From positions 5,146,001 to 5,210,000 of the forward strand of contig CM075993.1 in the NCBI GenBank assembly GCA_038087875.1: DNA of 64,000 bases, read 5' to 3'. Both the position numbers and the translations under genes were made by a program. The DNA comes from Malacoraja senta (Eukaryota). The notes under the pieces are model-generated. The model worked only from the letters and a program-made list of their open reading frames with translations, did not search any database and had not been told where the DNA came from. Shown piece after piece: positions 38,005 through 51,415 of the stretch; positions within the stretch are counted from its first letter, which is position 1, and every line of letters starts with the position of its first letter.

Positions 38005-39960
38005 AATTTCTACAGACATGCTGGATTTTACACATCAGAACAACTTTACACTGGTCAGTATATGAATCTTTTTAAATGTAATTGTTAATTCCTTTCATTA
38101 ATATTCAAGATTTGCTAATGGCAATGCAGAAATTTTGCATTCTGTATATGTCACATACAGGTATCATTATAAACCAAATTCTGTATTCATGCTTACTGAA
38201 TTCATGATCCTATTATTCCTTTTATGTTGAAGCACAAAAAGATACTGAAATATTAAAACTTTATTAGGTTCCAGTTGCAGTTGCAGTTCCAGTGGAGACA
38301 TTAATCTAGTCAGTGATGAATAATCTTAAAAAGGTTGCAGCTATTCTTGGTGCAAGCAATAATTAAGCTACCTTGGATCAGGAACCTTCATTAAACTGAC
38401 CTTTTGGGAAAATGTGGCACTTGCCCAAGTATGCCCAAATGATCTGGATCATCAACAAGGGGCAAAGAGCTCACCTTTCCCATATAGGACAGGTAACGTG
38501 TTTTCATTGCAATTACAGTAAGATGTTAAGTTGGCACCGAGAAGAAATCGCATTCTTTCAGAGTTGAAAATACAATCTATTTGTTGCTATGAGAACTGCA
38601 GAATCCACCCTGCAGCATAAAATGAAAAATTCGACAGCACTATTAACTTCACCTTAAATGTTACAACAGGGATCAAGATGTGCATATATAAATCGCCCTT
38701 TATTACATTGACAATAAGAAAACCATTTAAAATTTCAATTAATGTTATTATGGTTCAGGAGTTTTTTTCCTGTTGCTGCTCTCTCCTCTATTTACAAGTT
38801 ACCAAAATACCAATTTCAGAAATTAGATGACATGATCCTTTTGAGAAAGACAATTTCACTCTAATTTCACTGTTTTTAAATGCACATCCTGACCCAAACT
38901 GGTTTGCACAATTTGCAAGTTTGCTCCCAGGTCAAATATTTAACATATTTTTGGAGATTCAAAGATAATGAAACATTTGATCTATGCATTGCCAAGCTAA
39001 TTAAATGAACATTTCCTGACAATTCTATATATTTTCTTCCACATAGCACCTTTTTAATCCATTTAAATTCTGCTGTGACTTTTAAAATTTGGATTGCAGA
39101 ATTACATTCAACATTGCCTCTTTGTAGTCGTAACACTTAAATAAGCTCCTTTGCGTGAACAGGACTGCATGCACAGATGTTTTGAGACTTACTCTAGAGC
39201 CAATTTTCTGACACCAAATGGTTCCATCTGTTTAGAACCACCCGATCAGCTTCCTTAACAGAAGCAACTTGGTCAGATTTTTATCTAAAGGTGTCTCATA
39301 TAATTAAACTCACATCTTTCTACAATGTCTCTTCTATCTCACCTCTACCACTGAACATTACATCATTACACCCAACATCTGTCCCATTGACCCTATTCTC
39401 CGTTAACCTCTGGCCACCAAACCGTCCTGTCTCACATATGAATACTATTCCCCTCTGACTCAAATTCGCCATCATCATTCCTCCCCAAACTTTGCAGTTC
39501 ACTGTCACATGTCCACGACACATTTCTTGAATTTGCTCTCATCTCAAATCCTCCTCCTCTTACCCATGTCTCCAGGGACAATTTGAATCTCTCCATTACC
39601 TGTCAGAGTTCTTCTAAAATCACTTATAAAATCTTATCCAATTGTGATAAAATAATCTTTCCTTCAATCTTCTTTGACAACATCCTTTGCTTCAAGATAA
39701 ATTGCTGTTCCTTCAGCATCATTATGTCAAAATCATGTAATTTACCAACAACTGTACTCCATGAAAGAGCTGCAAGGGTTCAAACAATGGTACCTCACCA
39801 CCATCCTCTCCAGGACAAAAAAGAGGAGATATATGCTGGCCTCACCAACACCACCCACATGCTGCAAATTAATAAAACAAAATGGAACTGCATTTCATGA
39901 AAATGACTCTCCCAAAGAACCACATGCAAACAGATTTGACACGAGAAACTTGTTGAGGCT

Positions 39961-40053
39961 AAGACACAAAATGCTGGACTAACTCAGTGGGACAGGCAGC
40001 ATTTCTGGAGGGAAGGAATGGTTGACGTTTTGAGCCAAGACCCTTCCTCAGAC
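39961..40053 (-). mobile_element. Penelope pLTR fragment
   Basis: agacacaaaatgctggactaactcag...gacccttcctcagac; ttgaggct duplication. Confidence 0.75.
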
Positions 40054-41058
40054 TTGAGGCTTAACTGGTCTATTCTATATTAGTGCCACTTAGGTCTCTT
40101 TTTTGACACTTTTATAGGTATTTGGAGCGCCATTTTTATTCTGGTACATTTTCATAATTGTTACTTTGTTATCAGACTTGAACCTGTAAAGGGCAATTAA
40201 TGTTTGTAAAGATCACTGATGCTCCCAATTGTTGCATTAATTTTGTAATGCAAACCAGATGTATCAGAAGTTAAACCCTCAGTATTTCATCCAGGGGTAA
40301 CATTCTATGGAAGGGTTTCCTTGCATCAGGCATTAATTACTGTACAATGCTTGACTGCAAATGAATGAAAGCTTTTGCAAAGGCATGTATGTACATACTG
40401 TGGAAAATTGAATTTGGCTAATAAACCACCAAGTCCTACAACCAGCTACACAATGCTAAGTATCAATGCCTGAGGAGAGAAAATGGCGAAGGATAAATTA
40501 ATGTTGTTATTATTTCTAACATTGCACCACTAAAAGTTGAATAGCAAAGGTTGATCTAGCAAATACTAGATTTTAGTACATAAGCTTTTGCAAAAATATA
40601 GATCTAGCACTGTGAATTTAACTTAAATGCATAGAACTATAAACCAAAAAATTCAATAATGCAATGATTAATTATTATGAACCAAAAAATTAAATAATGC
40701 AATGATTAAATTATTCAGCATACTTTCCAAATGATACAACAATGAGCAGGCAGCATATCCAGCCCTTCCCAAAAAAAAGGTCATGGTCGTTAGGATGTTA
40801 ATTCATCGGTTCCGAACTATTATTCTTGAGCAATGCAGGTGTGGAGACCTATAATATGTCATATTCCCAAAGCACAGGCATTCACGGGAAAGAAAGAAAA
40901 CATGGAAGTGCTGAGTCTCACAAATGAAATGCTTGGTGCAGGAAGGGCCTAGCCAGGAAGAGCAAGAATGTCTGCATTTTCAGCACAAAACTGTAATGAA
41001 ACAGTAATACTTCCAATAAATTAACAAATAGGTTCATGCTGCTTTTGCTCCGCACAAA

Positions 41059-41250
41059 ATAGACAATACACAATAGACAATAGGTGCAGGAGCAGGCCAT
41101 TTGGCCCTTCGAGCCACATTCAATGTGATCATGGCTGATCATTCCCAATCAGTACCCCGTTCCTGCCTTCTCCCCATATCCCCTATTTTTAAGAGCCCTA
41201 TCTAGCTCTCTCTTGAAAACATCCAGAGAACCTGCCTCCACCGCCCTCTG
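41059..41250 (-). mobile_element. CR1 3' end with (ctattgt)n tail
   Basis: agacaatacacaatagacaataggtgcagg...gcctccaccgccctctg. Confidence 0.85.
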
Positions 41251-42203
41251 ATTTGCTTATTTTGTGTATAAATAGAATTTGCTAAATTGTCACCAAAACG
41301 ATTGAATGGATTATCTTGTGTAAACAAACTGATGTTATCCAAATACCTTATTTGGTAAATGCAGCAGCGATTTAGCAGAATCTTATCACCAGCTAGAGTA
41401 ATGCTACATCATACGACTAGAGGTTCTCAGATTCAATTTAATCCATGCTCCTGTTTAGCTCCGTTGGGGCATCAAAGTGACTTTAGATATCTGGACGAAG
41501 AATAAAGTAGTCACTCAAGTAATAAAAGAAAGTGCATGTATTTATTACCAAGATTGGCTGTGATGTTCTCTAACAATGAGCAGCATACTGACATTTATCT
41601 CCACTGGATGTGTGAACATTAGACACTCAGGATAGACAATGACAGGCAGATGATTCACATGGACCCTCGGAAATATTCCAAATAAAATGTCATACTCAAA
41701 GTGTGGCCTGGAAAATATTTAGAGCAGAGAATGATCATTAAGAGACATCTTCAGTGAGAAAATTTGAAAATAGCACAAAACAATAATATTCACTCCACCA
41801 AAGTAACATGCGGAGAAATGGAGAATTAAAAATATTAAATTAATCCCTTTCTGCCATATTCTGAAGATGTGGCCTGTGTAGACATCAATCATCTTGACAA
41901 GCAAGCAGACAGCATAAAAACAAGCCAAGTTCCCACGCTTCCTTATACTCCAGCAGACAAGAGTCATGAGGTACTTGCAAACTGAGAGACTGTGCCACCA
42001 TCATATTTGTCTCCTTTAACCTTTCTACGTCCAGTGATCACTTCTAAGCAACGGCCAGAGCAGAAAGAGAACCAGGAGAACGGTTGGGGGCTTGCAAACA
42101 CAAGTTGTTGAATTTGAAAATCCCCATGCTGTGGCTCAGCCGATAATGTAATCTATATATTTGTGACAAAATCTGTCCATTTGAGACCTGAGCTGATAAG
42201 GTA

Positions 42204-42442
42204 AGAGCCTGTCCCACTTGGCCCCCATTTGCGCGTCACGCAGATGGCGCGCGAAGATTTTGTACATACCAAAATCCTGGGGAGTTGCGCGCAAGCGCAC
42301 GTCACTGCCGGTGTCACCACGCACCATGCACGCGTAATGCGCACCATGTGCGCATCACGTGCGTGTCATGACTGGCGCGTCGTGATGCGTAAATGATGTC
42401 GCGTAAATTACGCGCAAATGACGGCCACGTGGGACAGGCCCT
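42204..42442. mobile_element. PIF/Harbinger-type MITE with CpG-rich (gcgcgt) interior
   Basis: agagcctgtcccacttggcc..catttgcgcgt / acgcgcaaatgacggccacgtgggacaggccct. Confidence 0.82.
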
Positions 42443-43641
42443 TAACAAGTGGTTGTTTCACATCAGCTTCAATGGACTTCACAGAGCAAACTCTTGATCC
42501 AATGGTAAAGGAGCCCAAGGCAACTGAAAACCCAGGCTTTGTGGTATCCATATTAATGCTTTCATGTGGTGCATGTGTAGGTGCTGCCCGGCAGAAAACA
42601 TTGCATATTTATTAATGTCGAGGATGAATCGTGCTCAATTATTAGTGCTATTATTTGACTGTCACTGGAGATGCAAAGTAATTTCAGTTTGATATCATCT
42701 TGGAAGTGAAAACATAACTACAAAAAAAAAGGAAATAGAGAGGGTTCTGAAGTTTCTCTTTCCAAAAATAATGCCTGACACGATGAGTGTTCATACAATT
42801 TCTGCTTTGAATACTGAGCATTGCTCTGCAGACACAGCAAATTAAAGGAAAATATCTGGAGAAGACATAAAAGGATTATATGAATTGAATGTTGAAAAGA
42901 AGAACATGGACCAAGTTCATTGGAGATCACAGAGGATTTACTGGAAGGGAAATTAATGGATGCCGATAAAAACATTAAAGGACAAATAAATAATTCTAAG
43001 GAGAATGCAAAAAACAGAATACAGAGAGCAAAGAAGTACTTGCTGACCTTTTCCTTAACATTACTCCATTTATATGCTGGAATTTTTTTGTTATCTGAAA
43101 ATAATGCTCATCAACTCAGATAGGTCAACCCTTCTCCAATCAAATCATGACTCATATACCATTTATCTTCAAACACAAATACTTAAAAAAAACTCCTTTA
43201 CATGCTGAGATGGAAGCTATTTAGTTTACACTCAAGAACCAGTTAAGAAACAAACCAACATGCATCAGAAATTGTAATTTAATAGTGCAACGAACAGGTA
43301 AGTTATCATTGCACTGCAAAATTCAGAGTAAACAGGAAAAACGGAAAAAGGCGTCTAAATATTGGAGACTACTCGGCCATTCAACATGATTATGGGCGAT
43401 TATCAATACAATACCATATTCTCACACTCACCAAACCTTGATGCCTTTTGCATCTAGAAATGTATCTCCTTCCTCTGTATATTCAGTGACCCAGTTTTTA
43501 TAGTCCGCTAGCGTGGTCACCCTCCAAGTGAAGTGATTTCTCCTCATTACTTGCCCTGTAAATTGAAACTGTCATTGATCATTCCAGACACTCTAGCCAG
43601 GGAGAAACATTCTCCCAGCATCCAGACTGTCATAATTTTAT

Positions 43642-43989
43642 GTGTAAGATGGAACTGCAGATGCTGGTTTAAACTGAAGACAGACACAAAAAAACTGGAG
43701 TAACTCAGCAGGACAGGCAGCATCTCTGGAGAGAAGGAATGGGTGATGTTTCGGGTCGAGACCCTTCTTCAGACCAGAGGATTCAACGGGATCCCACCAC
43801 TAACCACATTTTTCCATCTTCACCCCTTTCCGCCGAGACCGTTCCTTCCACAACTCCCTGGTTAACACATCCCTTCCCACTTAACGTTTCGGGTCGAGAC
43901 CCTTCTCGACCCGAAACGTCACCCATTCCTTCTCTCCAGAGATGCTGCCTGTTCCACTGAATTACTCCAGCTTTTTGTGTCTATCTTCA
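43642..43989. mobile_element. Penelope fold-back insertion with a short internal coding piece
   Basis: Inverted pLTR arms; internal QRDPTTNHIFPS...; tcataatt(t/a)tat duplication; sits in an old CR1 remnant. Confidence 0.85.
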
Positions 43990-44257
43990 TCATAATTATA
44001 TATTTCAATTGAATGTCCATTCATTCCTCTAAACTCTCGTGATCTGTTGGCTACAATAGCGAGTAATTGTGCCCTTCTGCAGTCTCAGGTCAAACCTTTG
44101 AACTGAGGTAAATTAAGCGAGTCTCATCCATGATGATTAAAAGTGACAAGTCAGAATGAACCATTTTCTGGGGGCGACGAGAGAGGAACTATCAGACAGA
44201 GTTGTGTTCTATTCCACAACTCTATTTCTATGACACTTGCTTTCAGCTCCCTGATTA

Positions 44258-44529
44258 TTAGAGTTTAGAGAGACAGCGTAGAAACATGTCCTTCGGCCCA
44301 CTGAGTTCACGCCGACTATCGATCACACCCACTATGCTATCCACCAGGCGAAATGTACAGAAATCAATTCACCTACAAACCAACGCATCTTTGGAGTGTG
44401 GGAGGAAACTGGAGCACCTGGAGAAAACCCACAGGGAGAATGTACAAGCTACATAAACAGCAACTGTCATCAGGTTCGAACCCGGGTCTCTGGAACTGTT
44501 AGGCAGCAGCTCTATCGCTGCGCCACCGT
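44258..44529 (-). mobile_element. V-SINE (HE1-like)
   Basis: Reverse of acggtggcgcagcgatagagctgctgcc...gacccgggttcgaacctgatg...tgtacattctccctgtggg. Confidence 0.88.
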
Positions 44530-45099
44530 TGAGGACACAATTTGAGCTTTGACTCCCATTCCCAGAGTTAGAATTTTGCTCACAACCTCGCACTAAATGC
44601 AATAACCGATGAATCTAATTTTGATTATGTCATAGCAAGCCTAATAACACCAATACAAATTCAGGTGGGTGCAGATGCAAAATTAAACCTGGAAAACAGA
44701 TTTTAAAGGAAAGCTAAATAACTAGCAATTCAAATAACAAGAGTTAAAAGCTTTAAACTGGATAGATGAAAGGTGGTGGAGAGGAGAGGAAGGATTTAAA
44801 TTGTGAAATATAATGGACAACATAGGGTACAGAAATGGGTAACATAGGAAAATAGAGCAGTCAGGTCAGAGCATGCAAACTTAAGGCAACCGCTCCTCCC
44901 CAGGCTATGACAGGTTTCAGTTACTGAGAACTGTTCGTAATCAGTTCACAAGTTGGACGTGCGGCCTCCCGGCAATGTATTTAAATATGAACATAAGCCA
45001 ACCAAGAGCAACTGGTAGTTAAACCAGGACATTTAACTCGACCACATATGACCACAAACCAAGTTCCCACAATGCGAAAGATGCCTGCAGTCCCCTAGC

Positions 45100-45696
45100 A
45101 GCTAGCAAAGTGTTGGAGGAGCTCAGCAGGTCAAGGCAGCATCTCTGGAAGACATGAATAGGTGACGTTTCTGTCATGGCCCTTGTTCAGGTATGAAGAA
45201 TGGTCCCGACCTGAAACATCTCCTATCCATGTCTTCCAGAATTGCTGCTCAAGCCGCTGAGCTCCTACAGCATTTTGTGCTTGCTTCGTCATACAGGCTG
45301 TACACAAGTTGGGCATTAGGAACTTGGGCAGCTTACAGCCCAGCGGTATTGAACTTCTCCAACTTCAAATAACCCTTGCTTTCCCTCTCTCCATCCCTCC
45401 CCCTTTCCAGTTATCCAACTACTTACTGTCTCCGACTACATTTTATCTCGATCTGCCTTGTTGTTACCTTCTCCCAGCTAACAATGATCTATTCTAGATA
45501 TTCCTTGATCTCCATTCACTTTGCCGTTTTCACACCTTCACATTTCCTTATCTATGTATCTCCCACCCCCGACGTCAGTCTGAAGAAGGGTATCGACCCA
45601 AAACGTCACCCATTCCTTCCCTCCGTGGATGCTGCCTGTCCAGCAGTTTGTATCTATCTTCGGTTTAAACCAGCATCTGCAGTTCCTTCATACACA
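45100..45696 (+). mobile_element. Penelope pLTR fold-back (45100-45285) and endonuclease end plus pLTR (45322-45696)
   Basis: ttgggcagcttacagcccagcggtat...gtctgaagaagggtatcgacccaaaacgtcacc...ctgcagttccttcatacac. Confidence 0.8.
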
Positions 45697-46329
45697 GTAA
45701 CCTGGGGAGGATCTATATCCCACTGATTACAATCAGTAATCCGTGGTTTTACTACCTCAAACATCACTGGATAATTTCAGGCTGGTGTAGTGCTGAGATG
45801 TACACAGGAAGGTTCCCAGGATTAGCATTCCCTGCGTTGGGCCAACAGGATCCAACTTTTAGTTTGACCTCTGATCAAGACTGAAGATATCTTTTCTAAT
45901 TTCTCCTGATAAGCACAGGGTTAGTATTTTAAGAGATATTATTCATTGGGATGGCTATATCAAACATTCAAAATCAAAATTGTTCTCAAAGGCTATGATC
46001 CATTATCTAATGAATCGTGTTCCCATTCACCCCTTCCCACACCCCAGCAACTTAACACAATAAAATACATCAATTAAATAACTGAGCATTGTATATGAAA
46101 TGTAAACATATGGACTCGATTCCGTAAGAGTCAGTGAGGTGGAGCTATGACAAAGCAATTGACTCAACTGTCTTTATTGATAAAATATAGAAGAATGAAC
46201 CTGAATCTGATCATTAACTATATTAACTAACGATCACTAGAAAATGCAAGTCTGTGGATTTAAGATATTTATTAACAAACTGCCTGGATAAAGATGCATC
46301 ACTGGATTTTGTAGCTGTGCAGGAGGGAA

Positions 46330-47150
46330 TGTAGAGGTATTGAATATAATCTTACATGCTCTTTTGACGAGTGAGTGGTGGCAGTGGAGAGAAGATTAAC
46401 AATGTTACTCCTGTTCAATAAAAAAGGTGAAACGAAAAACCAAGCAACCACAAGCCAGTTAGTTCATCCTTGGTGGAAGAGCTTTTATAAACATTGACAA
46501 GGATGAAGAGTAGTCACCTGGAGGAAAATGAATTAATGAAAGCAAGCCAGCAAGGATATATCTAGGGCAGTTGTGCTTATTGTGTAACTAATCTAGGGCA
46601 GTTGTGCTCGTTCTGATTTTTTGATGAGATAACAGACAAAAATAATGATGAAAATGCAGTTGATTTAGTGTAGATGAACTTCCAATAGGCTCTTGATAAA
46701 TTGTCACATAACACATCTATCAGCAAAGCTAAAGGACATGGGATAAAAGGAACAGCGATAGCATAGATACTAAATTGGTTCAATACAGACAATAGAGATG
46801 AATTTTTTCCCCCAAACTAAAGGAAGGCGAGCAGTGCCATTCCGTGGGGATTTGTATCAGGCCTCCTGCTTTTTTTCCCCCCCAATTACCTCGACGGGGG
46901 CACAAGCCACAGTTACTAAGTTTGTAGATTACACAAATCCAGGTAGTATTGTAACCTGCAAAGAGCCTAATAAATGCAGCAGGATACAAACAGATTAATA
47001 CAATAAATGATGTGGAAACGAGCATTTTAGGAGAAACATGAATAATCCAAACAGAAAAAAAGGACACAGTTCCAAGAGGTGCAGGAGCAGCGGTAAATAT
47101 GCACAAATCATTAACCTAATTTAGGGTTTATGAATAGAGTGTAAGATCAA
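46330..47150 (+). mobile_element. Old CR1 RT-domain remnant
   Basis: Decayed NVTPVFKKG, YKPVSL, VDLVYMDFQKAFDK and KFADDT-like motifs. Confidence 0.7.
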
Positions 47151-47519
47151 GGACATTTTGCTAAGCACTTAATGGGTCAATCAGCATCTATGGAAAGAGA
47201 AACAGACCTTCAGGCCCTGAATCCTTCAACAGAATTGGGAAGCCGAAAAAAAAAGTTAGTTTTGTCTTCAGTAGAAGATTGAAAAGGAATGGGTAAAACA
47301 AATGAATCTTGCTGATTCATTACTGATAGAGTGAGACCAAATATGTAAATGTTGCAGTTAAGTAGCTGTTAGGATCAGTTTGTACTTCTTTGTCTATGTA
47401 ATTTGTTACTAATGGTAACGCAGTGTGATATGCCAAGGAGGTTAAACTATGCAAACAGAAAAAAGAAAACAGCCAAATTGATAATGGCAGAAGTGGTCAT
47501 TTCTGCAGGCAGAACAAGC

Positions 47520-48430
47520 AAGTTACCTAAACTTGGAGAATTTCTAATCGAGAACTAAAGGTTGCAACATGTCCAAATTGAAGATGTGTTGTTCATGTAC
47601 GATGTATTAGGCCAGTGCCAGAAGACTCAGGCAGAAAGGTCAGAGTGGAAGTGAGATGGCAAATTAAATGTGGCAACAACTGTAATCTAAGAAATCATCT
47701 AATATGTGTTTGGTTTCTCAAAATAGAGGAATTCATATTGTGAACACGTGCAATACACTGAATTTGAAAAAATGCAAACTGAATCACCGTTGCAGCTAGA
47801 AAGACTGTTTGGGTCTCTGAATAGTGGGAAGGGAAGAGGTGAAAGAACGGGCACTACAAATCCTGCAGTAGCATGGGAAACTGCCAATAAACAGGGAACG
47901 GTGGGTGTGGATGGAAGAGTGGACTAGGGTCACTAAGGGAACCCATCCCTTTGAAATACTGAAAAGAGCGAACGGCAATATGTGCCCGGTGGTGGAATCT
48001 TATTGGAGCTGCCAGAAATTGCAAAGAATGTGGTGAGCCTCATGGAAAAGGAGGACCAGGGGAACTGTTCTCGCTTTGTCACTGAGGGGAAGGGTTGAAA
48101 GCAGTAAAACAGATGGAATGCTGATAAAAACTGTCAAGTACAATTCAGGAAGGAAGAAATTTCACAGGCACCTGTGCAAATTGTCTCATCATTACAGCAA
48201 ATGTGACAGGGGCAAAGGAACTGGGAGAATAGAAAGGAGTCCTTGCAGGAGATGATGGGAGGAAGTATAGTCAAAATAGTCAAACCAATCTGTGGGCTTG
48301 TAATGAGTTTGGCAGCTAGTCTACTTTCAAAGGAGATGGAGATCCAGAAAAGAAAAGGCAAGTGTTAGAGATGGACCACGTGAAGGTGACAGCATAAGAG
48401 AAGACGGTGAGTCCTGCATGAATACAGGAG
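47520..48430 (-). mobile_element. Old degenerate Penelope element
   Basis: SCKDSFLFSQFLCPCHICC and NSVYCTCSQYEFLYFEKP resemble the Penelope RT end and GIY-YIG seen at 29.1 kb and 31.3 kb. Confidence 0.65.
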
Positions 48431-49237
48431 AGAGCACCTGTATCCTGGCTTTGAAATGTTAACTGTTTCTCTTTCCACAGATGCTGCCTAACCTAGTTAA
48501 CCCTTCTAGCATCAATTTGTTTTTAATTCGACGAGAGCATTATTTTCAATTCTGGTTTCACCTGATAAGAAGGATGTGAAGGCTTTAAAACAAGAGATAA
48601 ATGAGAATGATTCTTGAGATAACAAATGACAGGGTGACCAGGCCTGGGACAGTTCTCTTTACAGAAAGAAAAGACTGAAGACCCATCCTGAGCATAGAAT
48701 GTTGCCGAGGTTCAAATGCAGAAGTTCCAATCGTTTTTATTCTTAATACATTTCCAAGGAATGCAGAAAACAATTTCAAATCATTAAGTTGCTGTACAGT
48801 TTTTCTTAATACTTAGGTGATTCTCTAGCCATACTGTACATTAAGTCTTAAAAAGCAAGTCACTCATTTCCATTGTTAAAAATGAAAATGAGAGGGGGTA
48901 GGAATGCCCAGCAAGTCCATAATGTTCTAAGCTTGACAGCACTAATGTACAATGCCAGCACTTGCTGGTGGCAAGGGTTTTATTAATCCATATTGTTTAC
49001 CTTCTTGTTAATCAACATTGGCTCACAGTTAAGCAATACCCTGTTAACTCTTTCACCCACACTCAAATTCATCCATGCTGTAAACTTATTCTCACCATAA
49101 CTCCGGCCAAAAATACACTATAGGTCTACCTTCTCTCTTCAAATTCCCCTCTTTGCCAAAAATAAACACGTTACCATTGATAGCTCTTGCTTCCACTGCA
49201 AACCTCACCATCTATTTTGTCCTTTCAGATGCTCCTT

Positions 49238-49748
49238 ACATAGAAACATAGAAAATAGGTGCAGGAGTAGGCCATTCGGCCCTTCGAGCCTGCAGCGCCA
49301 TTCAATATGATCATGGCTGATCATCCAACTCAGTATCCTGTACCTGCCTTCTCTCCATACCCCCTGATCTCTTTAGCCACAAGGGCCACATCTAACTCCC
49401 TCTTAAATATAGCCAATGAACTGCCCTCAACTACCTTCTGTGGCAGAGAATTCCACAGATTCACCACTCTCTGTGTGAAAATGTTTTCCTCATCTCGGTC
49501 CTAAAAGATTTCCCCCTTATCCTTAAACTGTGACCCCTTGTTCTGGACTTCCCCAACATCGGGAACAATCTTCCTGCATCTAGCCTGTCCAACCCCTTAA
49601 GAATTTTGTACGTTTCTATAAGATCCCCCCTCAATCTTCTAAATTCTAGCGAGTACAAACCGAGTCTATCCAGTCTTTCTTCATATGAAAGTCCTGACAT
49701 CCCAGGAATCAGTCCGGTGAACCTTCTCTGTACTCCCTCTGTGGCAAT
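49238..49748 (-). mobile_element. Young CR1 LINE 3' fragment
   Basis: MSGLSYEERLDRLGLYSLEFRRLRGDLIETYKIL; near-identical to 16310-16810. Confidence 0.95.
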
Positions 49749-51415
49749 ACCACTTTAATCGAGCTTTTGATCATCTGTCTTGGCCTAGGGTCCAATTTAA
49801 TTTAATAACGCTCGAATGTGTGCATTCTTTTTACTTATGGGATTTGCATGAGGAAGATGGAGGGCTGGAAGAAGAAAAAAAACAGCTTACTCCTCTCTCG
49901 CATTCTTCTGCTGAACCCCAAAGGAAGGCAGATAATTTGTAAGATTGTGCTGGATCTTTGTGCAGGAGTTTTGCAGGGGCACCACAAGATGAAAATGATA
50001 AGGTTGTTTTCTTTGTAACAGAAGAAGCTGAAGGAAATGTGGATGGAGGATAAAACGAGGGACCTTAAAATAGGAAGGATCTATTTCATCTCCTTTACTG
50101 TTCTGATGAAGGTCACTAAAAATATTGACTGCTTCTCTCTCCACAATTATTGTCAGACCTGGTAAGTTTTTCTGTCACTTTCTTTCTCTGTTACAGACTT
50201 CCAGCATCTGCAGTTTTTATTGTTTCATTTTCATACATGTTTTGTGTTTAAGAAATAATCTTCATTTGTTTTCACTTCCATTTCTAATCGTCTAAATAAG
50301 CTAGTTCATTTAAAATCAGGTAATTAACATCCTGTAGTGAGATGTTTCAATAGCATTGAATGAATAACCATAATAAACAGGAAAAACAAATGTTATTCAA
50401 TTGTGTAACTGTGTTTCTATCTGAAACCACACTTTTCTGAAAACCATGTACCACTTGAAATAATAACCCACGAATGCCAAGGTGACAATCCCCCGACACA
50501 CTACAGCCGTTAACACACTGTGTTTTCTTCAGAAACTCATCAACATATTTTATTATAAAATAGATGATCAACTACTAATCTAGTAAAAATAGTTAAGAAT
50601 GTAGTAAAGACAACATAGGAGTTCATTTTGCACATAAAGGTGCTACAGGAATGCCACAGGGATAGTCGGTAAGATGACCAATTGTTTGGACAAAGAAGGA
50701 AATTTTAAGGAGTTTTTTTTTAAAGGAGAGAAGTATTCCAGGCCCCCGGGTCATGGTCGCTGAAGATATAACTGCCAATGTCTGTGCAAATAAAATAAAT
50801 AAGAGAGAGCAATACTCATCTCAGTGCATGATGGAGTTGAACAAGATTCTACAGAGATTAGCCAAAAAGGGACCAAATATATATTTTTTACATATTTATG
50901 TTATAAAACATAAAACATATTCTAATTATTTAGAATGCAGAGTTCACTGCAAAGGCCAGCATTTATTGTCCATATCTCATTCACCTTGAGAAGGTTGGCA
51001 GCAAGCCAACCTGAGCCATTGCAATTCTTCTCATGAAGGCACTCTCAGAATGTCATGGGCTAGGGAGTTCCACGTTTCGACCCAGCAACAAAAGACGAGC
51101 GGCAGTATATTTGTAAGTCGGAATGCTGTGCTGGCTGGGGAAAAAAATGAATGTACTGGCGACACAAGAGACGGCAAATGCTGGGATCTGAAACTAAACA
51201 AAGTCCTGGAACAATTCAGCAGGTCGAGCAGCATCTATCTAGGGAGGCAAAGAGATAATCAATGTCAAAAATTCAGATCACGACCAGCAGTATCCTGATG
51301 CAGGGTCATGATCTGAATTTTGTTGGTGTTCTCCTTTTGTCCTGCCTGACAATAGAAACTGCAGGTTTCAACGATGCTGTTGGATTAGTCTAGGTGTGTC
51401 CAGTGCATTTTGTAA